A stretch of DNA of 64,000 bases from Rikenellaceae bacterium (GTDB lineage Bacteria; Bacteroidota; Bacteroidia; Bacteroidales; Rikenellaceae). The DNA lies in assembly GCA_047172325.1 (NCBI GenBank), contig JBCQWG010000004.1, forward strand, positions 7,118 to 71,117, read 5' to 3'. The translations under genes and the position numbers were made by a program. Shown here piece by piece: positions 19,978 through 29,336 of this stretch. The notes beneath the pieces were generated by a model, which searched no databases, had not been told where the DNA came from, and saw only the letters and a program-made list of their open reading frames with translations. The stretch's first letter is position 1, and each line of letters begins with the position of its first letter.

Positions 19978-20874
19978 ATGAATATTTTTGAATTTGAAAA
20001 AGTCAAGACAAGTGAAAACAACTCTTTCGCATTCAGCAAATATTGCGATAAGCTATTTATGCGTAATCTCCATCTACATCCTGAAATGGAGGTTGTCTAT
20101 ATCGAGCAGGGAAGAGGAGAGTGTGTCGTTGTGGATAATATAACAACATACGCTGAGGGTGACCTCTATTTCTTTGGTTCAAACCTTCCTCACTACTTTA
20201 AAAGTGATCTTAAATATCATAACGCAGTCTCGGATGCTTTTAGCTGCTCAACATATATTCAATTCCAAGAGGGAATACTTCCAGCCGACTACAATACTAT
20301 GCCCGGATGCAAATATATAAAGGAGCTAGTAGACGCAGGAAGTAGAGGTGTGAAATGGCATCTCGAAGCGGATAGTCCAATTGTAATAATGCTACAAGAG
20401 ATGAAGGATACAGATGGCTTCGTTCGACTAAATATGTTATATGAGTTGCTACACACCTTAGGTACAACGCTTCATAGCGGACAACTTATCGCCTCATCGA
20501 GCTACACCCTATCTAAAAGATCATCCGAAACAAAATATTTCCAGATTATAAACTATATTAATCTCAACTACAAAGATGATATCACATTAGAGGATCTAGC
20601 ATCATTCTGCAATATGAATCGTAGCGCTATGTGTAGATACTTTAAATCTAAATCTGGACAATCAATATTTAGCTATATATTAGATGTAAGAATTGCAATT
20701 GCAAAAGAGCTTCTTGCAACTTCCGATGAGCCAATATCACAAATATTATATAGTACCGGATTTAATAGCATCTCTAATTTTAACGCTAACTTCAAACGTA
20801 TCACCTCATTTACGCCATCTCAATATAGAGAAAAAATTAGAGCAAACTCTTGTTACTGCGCTTCGAGATGTTAA
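19978..20874 (+). CDS. AraC-family transcriptional regulator (cupin sensor plus HTH)
   Basis: HLHPEME and LPH cupin motifs; C-terminal GFNSISNFNANFKR..TPSQYR. Confidence 0.92.
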   Translation: MNIFEFEKVKTSENNSFAFSKYCDKLFMRNLHLHPEMEVVYIEQGRGECVVVDNITTYAEGDLYFFGSNLPHYFKSDLKYHNAVSDAFSCSTYIQFQEGILPADYNTMPGCKYIKELVDAGSRGVKWHLEADSPIVIMLQEMKDTDGFVRLNMLYELLHTLGTTLHSGQLIASSSYTLSKRSSETKYFQIINYINLNYKDDITLEDLASFCNMNRSAMCRYFKSKSGQSIFSYILDVRIAIAKELLATSDEPISQILYSTGFNSISNFNANFKRITSFTPSQYREKIRANSCYCASRC

Positions 20875-21018
20875 AAGAATAACTTCGCTTTAGTAGTACT
20901 TTCAATCTTATTAATTGATGATTAGGTTAATTTATTACAATAATTATTGTATATATGCAATATTATATTTAACTTAGCTGCTCGTAATGAGGTTCAAACA
21001 ACAATTAAACTAAAGCAT

Positions 21019-21939
21019 ATGAAACAAAACAACGAACAAGTTAACAATCAGCCAATGATTGTAAGATTCAGCACTTCGATGAATAGCGGAGTCGAGCCAT
21101 GTAACATTTCACGCCATGCGATAGGTTATATAGTCCGAGGTGAGAAGTATATTTATGATGGCGATAGCTGCCTCCACGCACAACGAGGTGACATCTTCTT
21201 CATGGGAAAGGGGCTACATCATATTGAGAATGTTTCAGAGAAGTTCTCTCACTTTGAACAAATTGTATTCTACTTTAGTTCTGAAGAGTTAAAACATATC
21301 ATTACAAACTTTGGTATCACATACAACCTCAACATTACAAACGACCACTGCTGCAATCAATGTCGCAATGGAAACTCTCTCATAACGGACTCCTCAACGC
21401 TGTTGAGAAATTTCTTTAACAGCGCCGTAAACTATCTATACGACGAAAATTTCTCTCACGATCAAGCTGCCGAGAGCATCAAAATGACAGAGCTAATATA
21501 TCACATCATCTCTCATGAAGATTGCTGCCTGAAGAGCAAGGTGATAGGATGTATTGATCTTGACAAAAGTTCATTCGAACAAGTTATTTACGCCAACACC
21601 TTTAATGATATTCCCATCGAGCGCCTCTCGGCTCTATGCAATCGCTCCCTTACATCCTTCAAAAAGGAGTTTCGACGCATCTTCGACACATCGCCACATC
21701 AATGGTTTCTGCGTCAGAGGTTGAGTCACGCTAGACTCCTATTGATTTCAACACGAAAGTCTATTGCTCAAATTGGCGAAGAGTGCTCATTCCCCAACAC
21801 ATCCCACTTCATTAAGCTATTCAAGCGCTCCTACAATCAAACGCCTGCCACATATAGATGCCATCATATGGCACTTAATGTAAATCATGACGAGGAGCAA
21901 CCCATCGAGAAAAAGATCGAGGTTGAGAAAGTTTGCTAA
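21019..21939 (+). CDS. AraC-family transcriptional regulator (ExsA-like)
   Basis: RSLTSFKKEF, SPHQW, FPNTSHFIKLFK..TPATYR. Start uncertain (21019 or 21055). Confidence 0.88.
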   Translation: MKQNNEQVNNQPMIVRFSTSMNSGVEPCNISRHAIGYIVRGEKYIYDGDSCLHAQRGDIFFMGKGLHHIENVSEKFSHFEQIVFYFSSEELKHIITNFGITYNLNITNDHCCNQCRNGNSLITDSSTLLRNFFNSAVNYLYDENFSHDQAAESIKMTELIYHIISHEDCCLKSKVIGCIDLDKSSFEQVIYANTFNDIPIERLSALCNRSLTSFKKEFRRIFDTSPHQWFLRQRLSHARLLLISTRKSIAQIGEECSFPNTSHFIKLFKRSYNQTPATYRCHHMALNVNHDEEQPIEKKIEVEKVC

Positions 21940-21987
21940 TGGTTTGATATTTGCAAGAGGAGGAGTTGTAATATAAATCTATAAAAT

Positions 21988-22206
21988 ATGAAAAACAACA
22001 CCTCTATCATCGTCTCACTATTAGGCGGAATTGTTCTTGGCTCAGCCGTAACATGCATTTTGCGAGACAAATGCAAAATGGGAAAACACGACATTCACAA
22101 AAAGATCATGGATGAATTGGAGCAACTGCGTAGCTTCGTTGCGGCACACCACTCAGAAGAGATCTGTAGTTGTGAAGATCCTGCTTGTAACTGTCCTCAA
22201 GAGTAG
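21988..22206 (+). CDS. Small YtxH-like membrane-anchored protein with Cys/His-rich tail
   Basis: N-terminal LLGGIVLGSAV TM, helical middle, tail HHSEEICSCEDPACNC. Confidence 0.55.
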   Translation: MKNNTSIIVSLLGGIVLGSAVTCILRDKCKMGKHDIHKKIMDELEQLRSFVAAHHSEEICSCEDPACNCPQE

Positions 22207-22538
22207 TGGAGCCTAATCACACTCAACGGAGAGATCAGAATTTGGTGATACCAACACTACTTGTCGTGGTGTTGGCATTCACCTCTGCTATATTGCTCCT
22301 TTCGGCATTTGTTCTATGGTTTGCCGAGCTTATTCACTCGCTTACATTATCGCTTACAATTACTGGAGTGGTGATGGGTGTAGCTGCTTGGGCAACATAC
22401 CACATATCGTTGCGTCCTACTCTACATCTAATACGAGAAGAGTATGAAAATGCTATGGCTCTTATCTCTCTTATCCGCAAAGGATACGATTGCATCTACT
22501 TAACAATTAAAAAAAGCCTCACAAATCTATTCGAATAG
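22206..22538 (+). CDS. Small 2-TM membrane protein (holin-superfamily/DUF1469-like)
   Basis: Two hydrophobic helices; translationally coupled to the upstream gene (TAGTG). Confidence 0.5.
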   Translation: MEPNHTQRRDQNLVIPTLLVVVLAFTSAILLLSAFVLWFAELIHSLTLSLTITGVVMGVAAWATYHISLRPTLHLIREEYENAMALISLIRKGYDCIYLTIKKSLTNLFE

Positions 22539-22551
22539 ATTTGTGAGGCTT
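22514..22551. terminator. Bidirectional terminator (perfect 38-bp palindrome)
   Basis: AAGCCTCACAAATCTATTC/GAATAGATTTGTGAGGCTT between convergent genes; contains the stop codon of the 110-aa ORF. Confidence 0.75.
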
Positions 22552-22570
22552 AAATTTTATCAAAACTCTA

Positions 22571-24097
22571 TTAAAGTTCCACGAGAGACTCTCCAGTCAT
22601 ATCTGCTGGTTGCTCAAGTCCCATAAGGGCAATGAGAGTTGGCGCCACATCTGCCAAGATACCATTGCGAACAGATTTAACGCGATCTGAAACTACTACA
22701 ATAGGCACTGGATTAAGCGAGTGAGCAGTATTTACCGATCCATCAGCATTCAATGCATTGTCGGCATTACCATGGTCAGCGATCATGATAACCTCGTAGC
22801 CATTAGCCTTAGCGGTTTCAACGACAGCCTCAACACACTCATCAACAGCCTTGATAGCTTTCTCTATTGCTGAATAGATACCTGTATGTCCTACCATATC
22901 GCCATTAGCGAAGTTAAGACAGATGAAATCAAACTTCTGAGTATCAAGAGCTGCAACCAACTTATCTTTAACCTCATAAGCGCTCATCTCTGGCTGAAGA
23001 TCATATGTAGCAACCTTTGGTGAAGAGACCAAGATGCGCTCCTCGCCCTCGAACTCAGCCTCACGACCGCCATTTAGGAAGAAGGTGACGTGTGCATACT
23101 TCTCAGTCTCAGCTATACGCAACTGCGAAAGACCTTTCGATGCAACAAACTCGCCCAAAGTATTAGCTACGTTATCTTTGTCAAAGAGGATGTGAAGACC
23201 CTCAAATTTAGCATCATATGGAGTCATACAACAGTAGTACAAAGGAATAGTCTTCATGCCCTCTGCCTCCATATTCTCTTGCGTAAGAACTACAGTTAGC
23301 TCCTTTGCGCGATCGTTACGGTAGTTAAAGAAGATCACAACATCTCCCTCAGCAATACGACCTACCGCATTACCATCTTGGTCAACACGGCAAAGTGGAT
23401 TAACAAACTCATCGGTGACATCAGCATCATATGAAGCTTGCATTGAAGCAACCATATCGGTAGATGCCTCACCTACGCCACCAACTAAAAGATCATAAGC
23501 CTTCTTCACACGATCCCAACGTTTGTCGCGATCCATCGCATAGTAACGACCTATGATAGAAGCTACTACACCAGCAGATGAAGCTGTGTGAGCCTCCAAC
23601 GCCTCAATAAAGCCCTTTCCACTTCGAGGGTCAGTATCACGACCATCCATAAAGCAGTGGATAAAAGTATCCTCAATACCATAGTGAGCCGAGATGTCGC
23701 ACAACTTAAATAGATGATCTAGCGAGGAGTGAACTCCACCATCTGAAACTAGACCCATAAAGTGAACGCTCTTGCCATTACTCTTTGCATATTCGAAAGC
23801 CTTAACAACCTCCATATTTTGCATAATTGAGTTATCAGCACATGCTCTATTGATCTTTACAAGATCTTGATACACTACACGACCAGCACCAATATTAAGG
23901 TGACCCACCTCTGAGTTACCCATCTGACCCTCTGGCAAACCTACATTTTCACCATCTGTACGAAGCTCCGCATTAGGATATGCTGCCGTCATTGACTCGA
24001 TGTACTTTGGATGCATATTATAGATTACATCCGCCTTGTCTTGTTTACCCTTTCCCCAACCATCGAGGATCATGAGCAATACTTTTTTGTTTTCCAT
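22571..24097 (-). CDS. gpmI: 2,3-bisphosphoglycerate-independent phosphoglycerate mutase
   Basis: [45 protein letters not shown]. Confidence 0.97.
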   Translation of the reverse strand: MENKKVLLMILDGWGKGKQDKADVIYNMHPKYIESMTAAYPNAELRTDGENVGLPEGQMGNSEVGHLNIGAGRVVYQDLVKINRACADNSIMQNMEVVKAFEYAKSNGKSVHFMGLVSDGGVHSSLDHLFKLCDISAHYGIEDTFIHCFMDGRDTDPRSGKGFIEALEAHTASSAGVVASIIGRYYAMDRDKRWDRVKKAYDLLVGGVGEASTDMVASMQASYDADVTDEFVNPLCRVDQDGNAVGRIAEGDVVIFFNYRNDRAKELTVVLTQENMEAEGMKTIPLYYCCMTPYDAKFEGLHILFDKDNVANTLGEFVASKGLSQLRIAETEKYAHVTFFLNGGREAEFEGEERILVSSPKVATYDLQPEMSAYEVKDKLVAALDTQKFDFICLNFANGDMVGHTGIYSAIEKAIKAVDECVEAVVETAKANGYEVIMIADHGNADNALNADGSVNTAHSLNPVPIVVVSDRVKSVRNGILADVAPTLIALMGLEQPADMTGESLVEL

Positions 24098-24116
24098 TTA
24101 AATACTTATAATTAAA

Positions 24117-26723
24117 TTACAATTTCTCTTTAATTAACTCTACTGCCTTATCAACAGCTGCACGCAAGCCATCCATGTTTTTACCACCCGCCGTAGCGAA
24201 GAATGGTTGACCGCCGCCACCACCTTGCATCAACTTAGCTGCCTCACGGATAATTTGACCTGCATTGAGACCTTTTGCTACAATGTCGTCACCAAGCATA
24301 ATTGTAAGCATTGGCTTCTCTGTAGCGTCAGAACCAGCAACATAGATTACATTCTTTGCCAAAGAGCGCAAATTATAGGCCACATCCTTCTGGAAGTCTC
24401 CCGGACGAGAGGCCACACCACTAATAAAAATTACACCATTCTTCTCTGGTGTGTTCGCTATCAATTTAGAAGCCCACTCTGAAGTCTGCTCCTTACGCAT
24501 TGCATCGACCTCTTTCGAGAGAGTATCATTGCTCTCAACGAGCTTTTTAACAGCTTGTAGCACCTGATTATTATTTACATAAGATGATATATTCTTGATA
24601 ACATCCTCTGCGATATAAATTAAGTTCTCTGCATGAGAGCCTGTAGTTGCCTCAATACGACGAACTCCGGCCGAGATAGCACCCTCAGAGATAATTTTGA
24701 ATAGACCAATATTACCAGTTGCTGAAGTGTGTGTTCCACCGCACAACTCCACCGAGTCACCAAAACGTATTACACGAACTTTATCACCATACTTCTCACC
24801 GAAAAGCATCATTGCACCACTTGCTGCTGCCTCCTCTTGGGTTGCCTCACGGTTCTCCTCCAAAGGTGAATTTGCACGGATTGCCTCATTGACCTTAACC
24901 TCTACTGCGCGCAACTCCTCTGGAGTGAGTTTCTGGAAGTGAGAAAAGTCAAAACGGAGCGTCTCAGGGGTTACGAGTGAACCCTTCTGCTCAACATGCT
25001 CTCCTAGCACCTCACGCAAAGCATGGTGCAAAAGGTGTGTTGCAGTGTGATTATTTGCTGCACTCTGACGAGTTGACTCACATACTTGAGCCACGAAAGT
25101 TGATTCTAAACTCTCCGGAAGAGCTGCTACGATATGAATAGTTTGACCATTTTCCTTCTCTGTAGCCACCAAATTAATCTTCTCTGTAGCACTCTCAATA
25201 TATCCTGTATCACCAATCTGACCACCGGAGTTACCATAGAATGGTGTGCGATCGAATACCAACTGATAAACGGTCTTATTCTTTGTCGTTACTCTACGGT
25301 AGCGAGCAATCTTAACGTCGGCACACAGAGAATCATAACCCACGAACTCGCTCTGCTTAATTGCGATAAGCTCCTGCCAGTCATCAGCATCAATGGCCGC
25401 AGCATTACGTGAACGCTCCTTTTGAGCTGTCAACTCCTTCTCGAAAGAGTCTAGGTCAACCTCAACGCCCTGCTCCTTTGCGATTAGCTCAGTAAGGTCT
25501 ATTGGGAATCCATAAGTATCATATAGTAGGAATGCATCCTTTCCAGAGATAGTACCTCCACATGCAGCAATAACACCATCGAGAAGAGTAATACCTGTAG
25601 CCAACGTGCGAAGGAATGATGCCTCCTCCTCTTCAATTACGCGCTCAATTAGATGTTGTTGAGCCTTCAACTCTGGGAATTGCGCTCCCATCTGCTCAAC
25701 TAAGCCAGCGACCAAGCGACAAATAAATGGCTCGCTGAATGATAGATATGTATAACCATAACGAACGGCACGACGTAGGATACGACGAATAACATATCCC
25801 GCCTTAACGTTCGATGGAAGCTGTCCATCTGCAATAGAGAATGCAATAGCACGAAGATGGTCCGCAATAACGCGCATTGCGATATCTGCCTTAAGCTCCT
25901 CTCCATAGCTCTTACCTGACATCGTGGATAGATTCTTGATGGTAGGTTGGAATACGTCGGTGTCGTAATTGGATTTTTTGTCTTGAAGAATCATACATAA
26001 ACGCTCAAAGCCCATTCCTGTATCAACATGCTTTGCTGGAAGTAGCTCAAGTGATCCGTTAGCCTTGCGATTAAACTGCATAAAGACTAGGTTCCAAATC
26101 TCAATAACCAAGCAGTGACCCATATTGACCATCTCCCTACCCGGAATCAGTGCAATGTCAGCCTCGTCACGTAGATCATAGTGAAGCTCGCTACATGGTC
26201 CACAAGGACCAGTCTCGCCCATCTCCCAGAAGTTATCGTGCTTATTTCCCTTTATTATATGGTCCTCATCTAGATATTGCTTCCACATATCATATGCCTC
26301 TTGATCGAATGGCACTCCATCCTCTTCGCTACCCTCATACACGGTAGCATACATACGATCCTTACTCAAACCATATACACCCGTCAAGAGCTCCCATGCC
26401 CAATCAATCGCCTCTCGCTTAAAGTAATCACCAAACGACCAGTTTCCAAGCATCTCAAACATGGTATGGTGGTAGGTGTCGTGACCCACCTCTTCAAGGT
26501 CATTATGCTTTCCTGAGACGCGTAAACACTTCTGCGTATCGGCAACACGCGCCCACTTACGAGGAGCATTACCCAAGAAGATATCCTTGAATTGATTCAT
26601 ACCAGCATTGGTAAACATTAGCGTAGGATCACCCTTAACAACCATAGGCGCTGAAGGGACTATCGCATGTTCTTTACTCGCAAAAAAGTCGAGAAAAAGA
26701 GCTCTTACTTTGTTTGATTCCAT
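24117..26723 (-). CDS. alaS: Alanine--tRNA ligase
   Basis: [49 protein letters not shown]. Start moved to ATG 26723. Confidence 0.97.
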   Translation of the reverse strand: MESNKVRALFLDFFASKEHAIVPSAPMVVKGDPTLMFTNAGMNQFKDIFLGNAPRKWARVADTQKCLRVSGKHNDLEEVGHDTYHHTMFEMLGNWSFGDYFKREAIDWAWELLTGVYGLSKDRMYATVYEGSEEDGVPFDQEAYDMWKQYLDEDHIIKGNKHDNFWEMGETGPCGPCSELHYDLRDEADIALIPGREMVNMGHCLVIEIWNLVFMQFNRKANGSLELLPAKHVDTGMGFERLCMILQDKKSNYDTDVFQPTIKNLSTMSGKSYGEELKADIAMRVIADHLRAIAFSIADGQLPSNVKAGYVIRRILRRAVRYGYTYLSFSEPFICRLVAGLVEQMGAQFPELKAQQHLIERVIEEEEASFLRTLATGITLLDGVIAACGGTISGKDAFLLYDTYGFPIDLTELIAKEQGVEVDLDSFEKELTAQKERSRNAAAIDADDWQELIAIKQSEFVGYDSLCADVKIARYRRVTTKNKTVYQLVFDRTPFYGNSGGQIGDTGYIESATEKINLVATEKENGQTIHIVAALPESLESTFVAQVCESTRQSAANNHTATHLLHHALREVLGEHVEQKGSLVTPETLRFDFSHFQKLTPEELRAVEVKVNEAIRANSPLEENREATQEEAAASGAMMLFGEKYGDKVRVIRFGDSVELCGGTHTSATGNIGLFKIISEGAISAGVRRIEATTGSHAENLIYIAEDVIKNISSYVNNNQVLQAVKKLVESNDTLSKEVDAMRKEQTSEWASKLIANTPEKNGVIFISGVASRPGDFQKDVAYNLRSLAKNVIYVAGSDATEKPMLTIMLGDDIVAKGLNAGQIIREAAKLMQGGGGGQPFFATAGGKNMDGLRAAVDKAVELIKEKL

Positions 26724-26763
26724 AAAATATTTTAAATTCGTTTCTTTTGTTTCGCTTATAGGT

Positions 26764-26795
26764 TGCAAAATTAGACAATTTAAGCTAATTTTGCA
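26764..26795. promoter_or_regulatory. Back-to-back divergent -7 elements (alaS / M23 genes)
   Basis: TAATTTTG on the minus strand (26766-26773) and on the plus strand (26786-26793). Confidence 0.6.
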
Positions 26796-26821
26796 TTATA
26801 AATAGGAGAGTTTTTTTAATA

Positions 26822-27814
26822 ATGAAGCAAAAAAATCAGAATATCGAGTCGCAACCAACTGAAGAGAGGGTAAATAACAGCTCTTTAAGGATGAGTATGT
26901 ACTCTTCGCTGAGAAAAGTTCTGATCGGTTTTATTCTGATTTCTATAGTTAATGGCATCTTCTCACACCTCTTCTACACGCCAAAGGTACACAATATAAA
27001 CAAAAAAAATAGAGAACTCTCCATTAAATATGATCTTCTCAATACTCGCATAGCTGCTGCCGAGAGTAGATTAAGCGAGATAGCGCATCGTGATAACTAT
27101 GTTTACCGCTCACTGTTTGGAGTTGATTCTCTCTCTTTCGACCTAGCTCGCGTCAACTACCCTGACTCTAAATATGAATATCTTCAAGAGAATCCATTCT
27201 CTCCCATCATGGTTGATTCGTGGAAGAGAATGGATCAGCTGGCTCGCAACTTATACTTCAACTCCCTCTCCTTTGATGAGCTACAGACTCTCGCACAAAA
27301 TAAAGAGAGCATGTCTGCGGCGCTACCTGCCATTTGGCCCATTGATCGCACAAAGCTCAACTCTATTGACTACTTCGGAATGCGATTCCACCCCATCTAC
27401 AAACGATATATCATGCACAAAGGAATTGACCTTGGTAGCGAGGCTGGCACTCCAGTCTTTGCAACGGGTGATGGCGTAGTGGAGAAGAGTGTGCAGGGAT
27501 TAAGGTATAGCGGATATGGGCAGGAGATACTCGTAAACCACCAATATAGCTATAAGACACGATATGGTCACCTTAGCAAACGTTTTGTTGAGAAGGGGGA
27601 TAGCGTAAAACGCGGTCAACTTATTGGTGAGGTTGGAGCTACGGGTGGCACCACAGGTCCTCACCTCCATTACGAGGTTATATATAAAGGTAATGTAGTT
27701 AATCCCATTAACTACTTTGATCGCAACATGACCAATGAGGAGTACACCCGCCTTATGGAGGAGACTAAAATTACAGAGTACGAGGTTATTGACAGTTTAG
27801 AAAATGGCAAATAA
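26822..27814 (+). CDS. M23-family metallopeptidase
   Basis: N-terminal TM and coiled coil; HKGID (HxxxD), YGHL, GPHLHYEV. Confidence 0.92.
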   Translation: MKQKNQNIESQPTEERVNNSSLRMSMYSSLRKVLIGFILISIVNGIFSHLFYTPKVHNINKKNRELSIKYDLLNTRIAAAESRLSEIAHRDNYVYRSLFGVDSLSFDLARVNYPDSKYEYLQENPFSPIMVDSWKRMDQLARNLYFNSLSFDELQTLAQNKESMSAALPAIWPIDRTKLNSIDYFGMRFHPIYKRYIMHKGIDLGSEAGTPVFATGDGVVEKSVQGLRYSGYGQEILVNHQYSYKTRYGHLSKRFVEKGDSVKRGQLIGEVGATGGTTGPHLHYEVIYKGNVVNPINYFDRNMTNEEYTRLMEETKITEYEVIDSLENGK

Positions 27815-28751
27815 AAGCAAATATCAGAAACTTAAGAGCCGAAAGCGTCAACGAAGCAACTTCTGGAAGCTTATGATCCACTCTCTAGCGTGGATCGGGG
27901 CTGCCATGCTCTACTATATAGGATTCTCGATATTCTTTGATACACCTCACGAATATTACCTAAAGCGCTCATCAAGTAACTTTGAAGCAGAATATAATGC
28001 TCTTGCAGCTCGATACGACTCTCTAGATATGGTGCTACGCAACATTGAGACACGCGATAAAGAGATCTTCAGAACGATGTTTGAGTCGGACCCTTATGAC
28101 TTTGACTCAGACTACAACAATATTAAACTATCTGAGTACGAAACTGTCTTTACTCAATCTAATAAGAACCTTGAAAAGGTTCTTGATGAGAGAGTCTCTA
28201 AAATGGAGGAGCAGATAAAGAAACTCACGCAGAGCGCAGAGGTAATGAGAAAAAACAGCGAGGTCGTAGGTGTCGAGGCACGCAATATCCCGGCAATTCA
28301 ACCCATCGCCAACAAGCAACTCACACTGCTTACAGCCTCTTATGGCATGCGCATGCACCCATTCTACAAAACCCTTAAATCACATCAAGGTGTCGACTAT
28401 ACAGTACCAGAGGGTACTCGCATATTTGCTACAGCTGATGGCACGGTGAAGAGCATTACAACAAATTCAACAGCAGGCAAGGAGATTACCATAGACCATG
28501 GAAATGGCTATACAACATCATATCGCCACATTAGCGCAACTACTGTTGGAAGAGGCTACAAAGTCAAGCGTGGTGACATCATTGCACTCTCTGGAAACAC
28601 GGGACTTTCGATCACTCCACATCTTCACTACGAAGTGAGCTACAATGGAATGAGGGTTGATCCCATTCACTACTTTTTTATGGAACTTTCACCCGAAGAG
28701 TATCAACGTATGATAAAGATAGCTCAATCGGGAATGCAATCATTCGATTAA
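27804..28751 (+). CDS. M23-family metallopeptidase (paralogue)
   Basis: HQGVD, PHLHYEV, VDP; same architecture as the upstream gene. Confidence 0.92.
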   Translation: MANKSKYQKLKSRKRQRSNFWKLMIHSLAWIGAAMLYYIGFSIFFDTPHEYYLKRSSSNFEAEYNALAARYDSLDMVLRNIETRDKEIFRTMFESDPYDFDSDYNNIKLSEYETVFTQSNKNLEKVLDERVSKMEEQIKKLTQSAEVMRKNSEVVGVEARNIPAIQPIANKQLTLLTASYGMRMHPFYKTLKSHQGVDYTVPEGTRIFATADGTVKSITTNSTAGKEITIDHGNGYTTSYRHISATTVGRGYKVKRGDIIALSGNTGLSITPHLHYEVSYNGMRVDPIHYFFMELSPEEYQRMIKIAQSGMQSFD

Positions 28752-28770
28752 CTAAACCAACAAATAATAT

Positions 28771-29334
28771 ATGCTTATGCAGATAAAATTACTATTAATT
28801 GATTTCGACGGAACATTAGTCGACACACGCCAAGCAAACTACCGCGCATATAGAGATGTACTTAGAGAGGTCAACTTCGACCTTGACGAGGAGTTATATT
28901 TAAGTACATTCTTCGGAATGCGCTGCGGTGAATTTATGCGACAACTAGGATTCACCGACTCATACGAGATTGACCGCATGCGTCGACGCAAAATTGAGAT
29001 ATACCCAAATCACTTCGACACGGTAAAGCTCAATGAGCCCCTATGGGATTTTGCACAATCATTCAGAGAGCAAGGTGGTAGAGTGTGGATCGTGTCAACT
29101 GGCCAAACAATCAACATTAATAATGTAATGGATTATCTCTCCCTAAATGACAAAGTTGATGGATTGATTACGGGTGCCGATGTGAAAAATAGCAAACCCT
29201 CAGCAGAGTGCTACATCAAGGTCATGAACAAAGAGGGGGTCTCACCTGCTGAATCATTAATCTTCGAGGACTCTGTAGTAGGTATACAAGCAGCCATTGA
29301 GAGTGGTGCGCACTATATTAAGGTGACTCTATAG
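28771..29334 (+). CDS. HAD-superfamily phosphatase
   Basis: DFDGTLVDT, VST, KP, FEDS. Confidence 0.88.
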   Translation: MLMQIKLLLIDFDGTLVDTRQANYRAYRDVLREVNFDLDEELYLSTFFGMRCGEFMRQLGFTDSYEIDRMRRRKIEIYPNHFDTVKLNEPLWDFAQSFREQGGRVWIVSTGQTININNVMDYLSLNDKVDGLITGADVKNSKPSAECYIKVMNKEGVSPAESLIFEDSVVGIQAAIESGAHYIKVTL

Positions 29335-29336
29335 CT

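Noticed and set aside
26764-26795. Inverted repeat TGCAAAATTAG..CTAATTTTGCA as a repressor operator
   Set aside because: Fully explained by two back-to-back TAATTTTG promoter elements.
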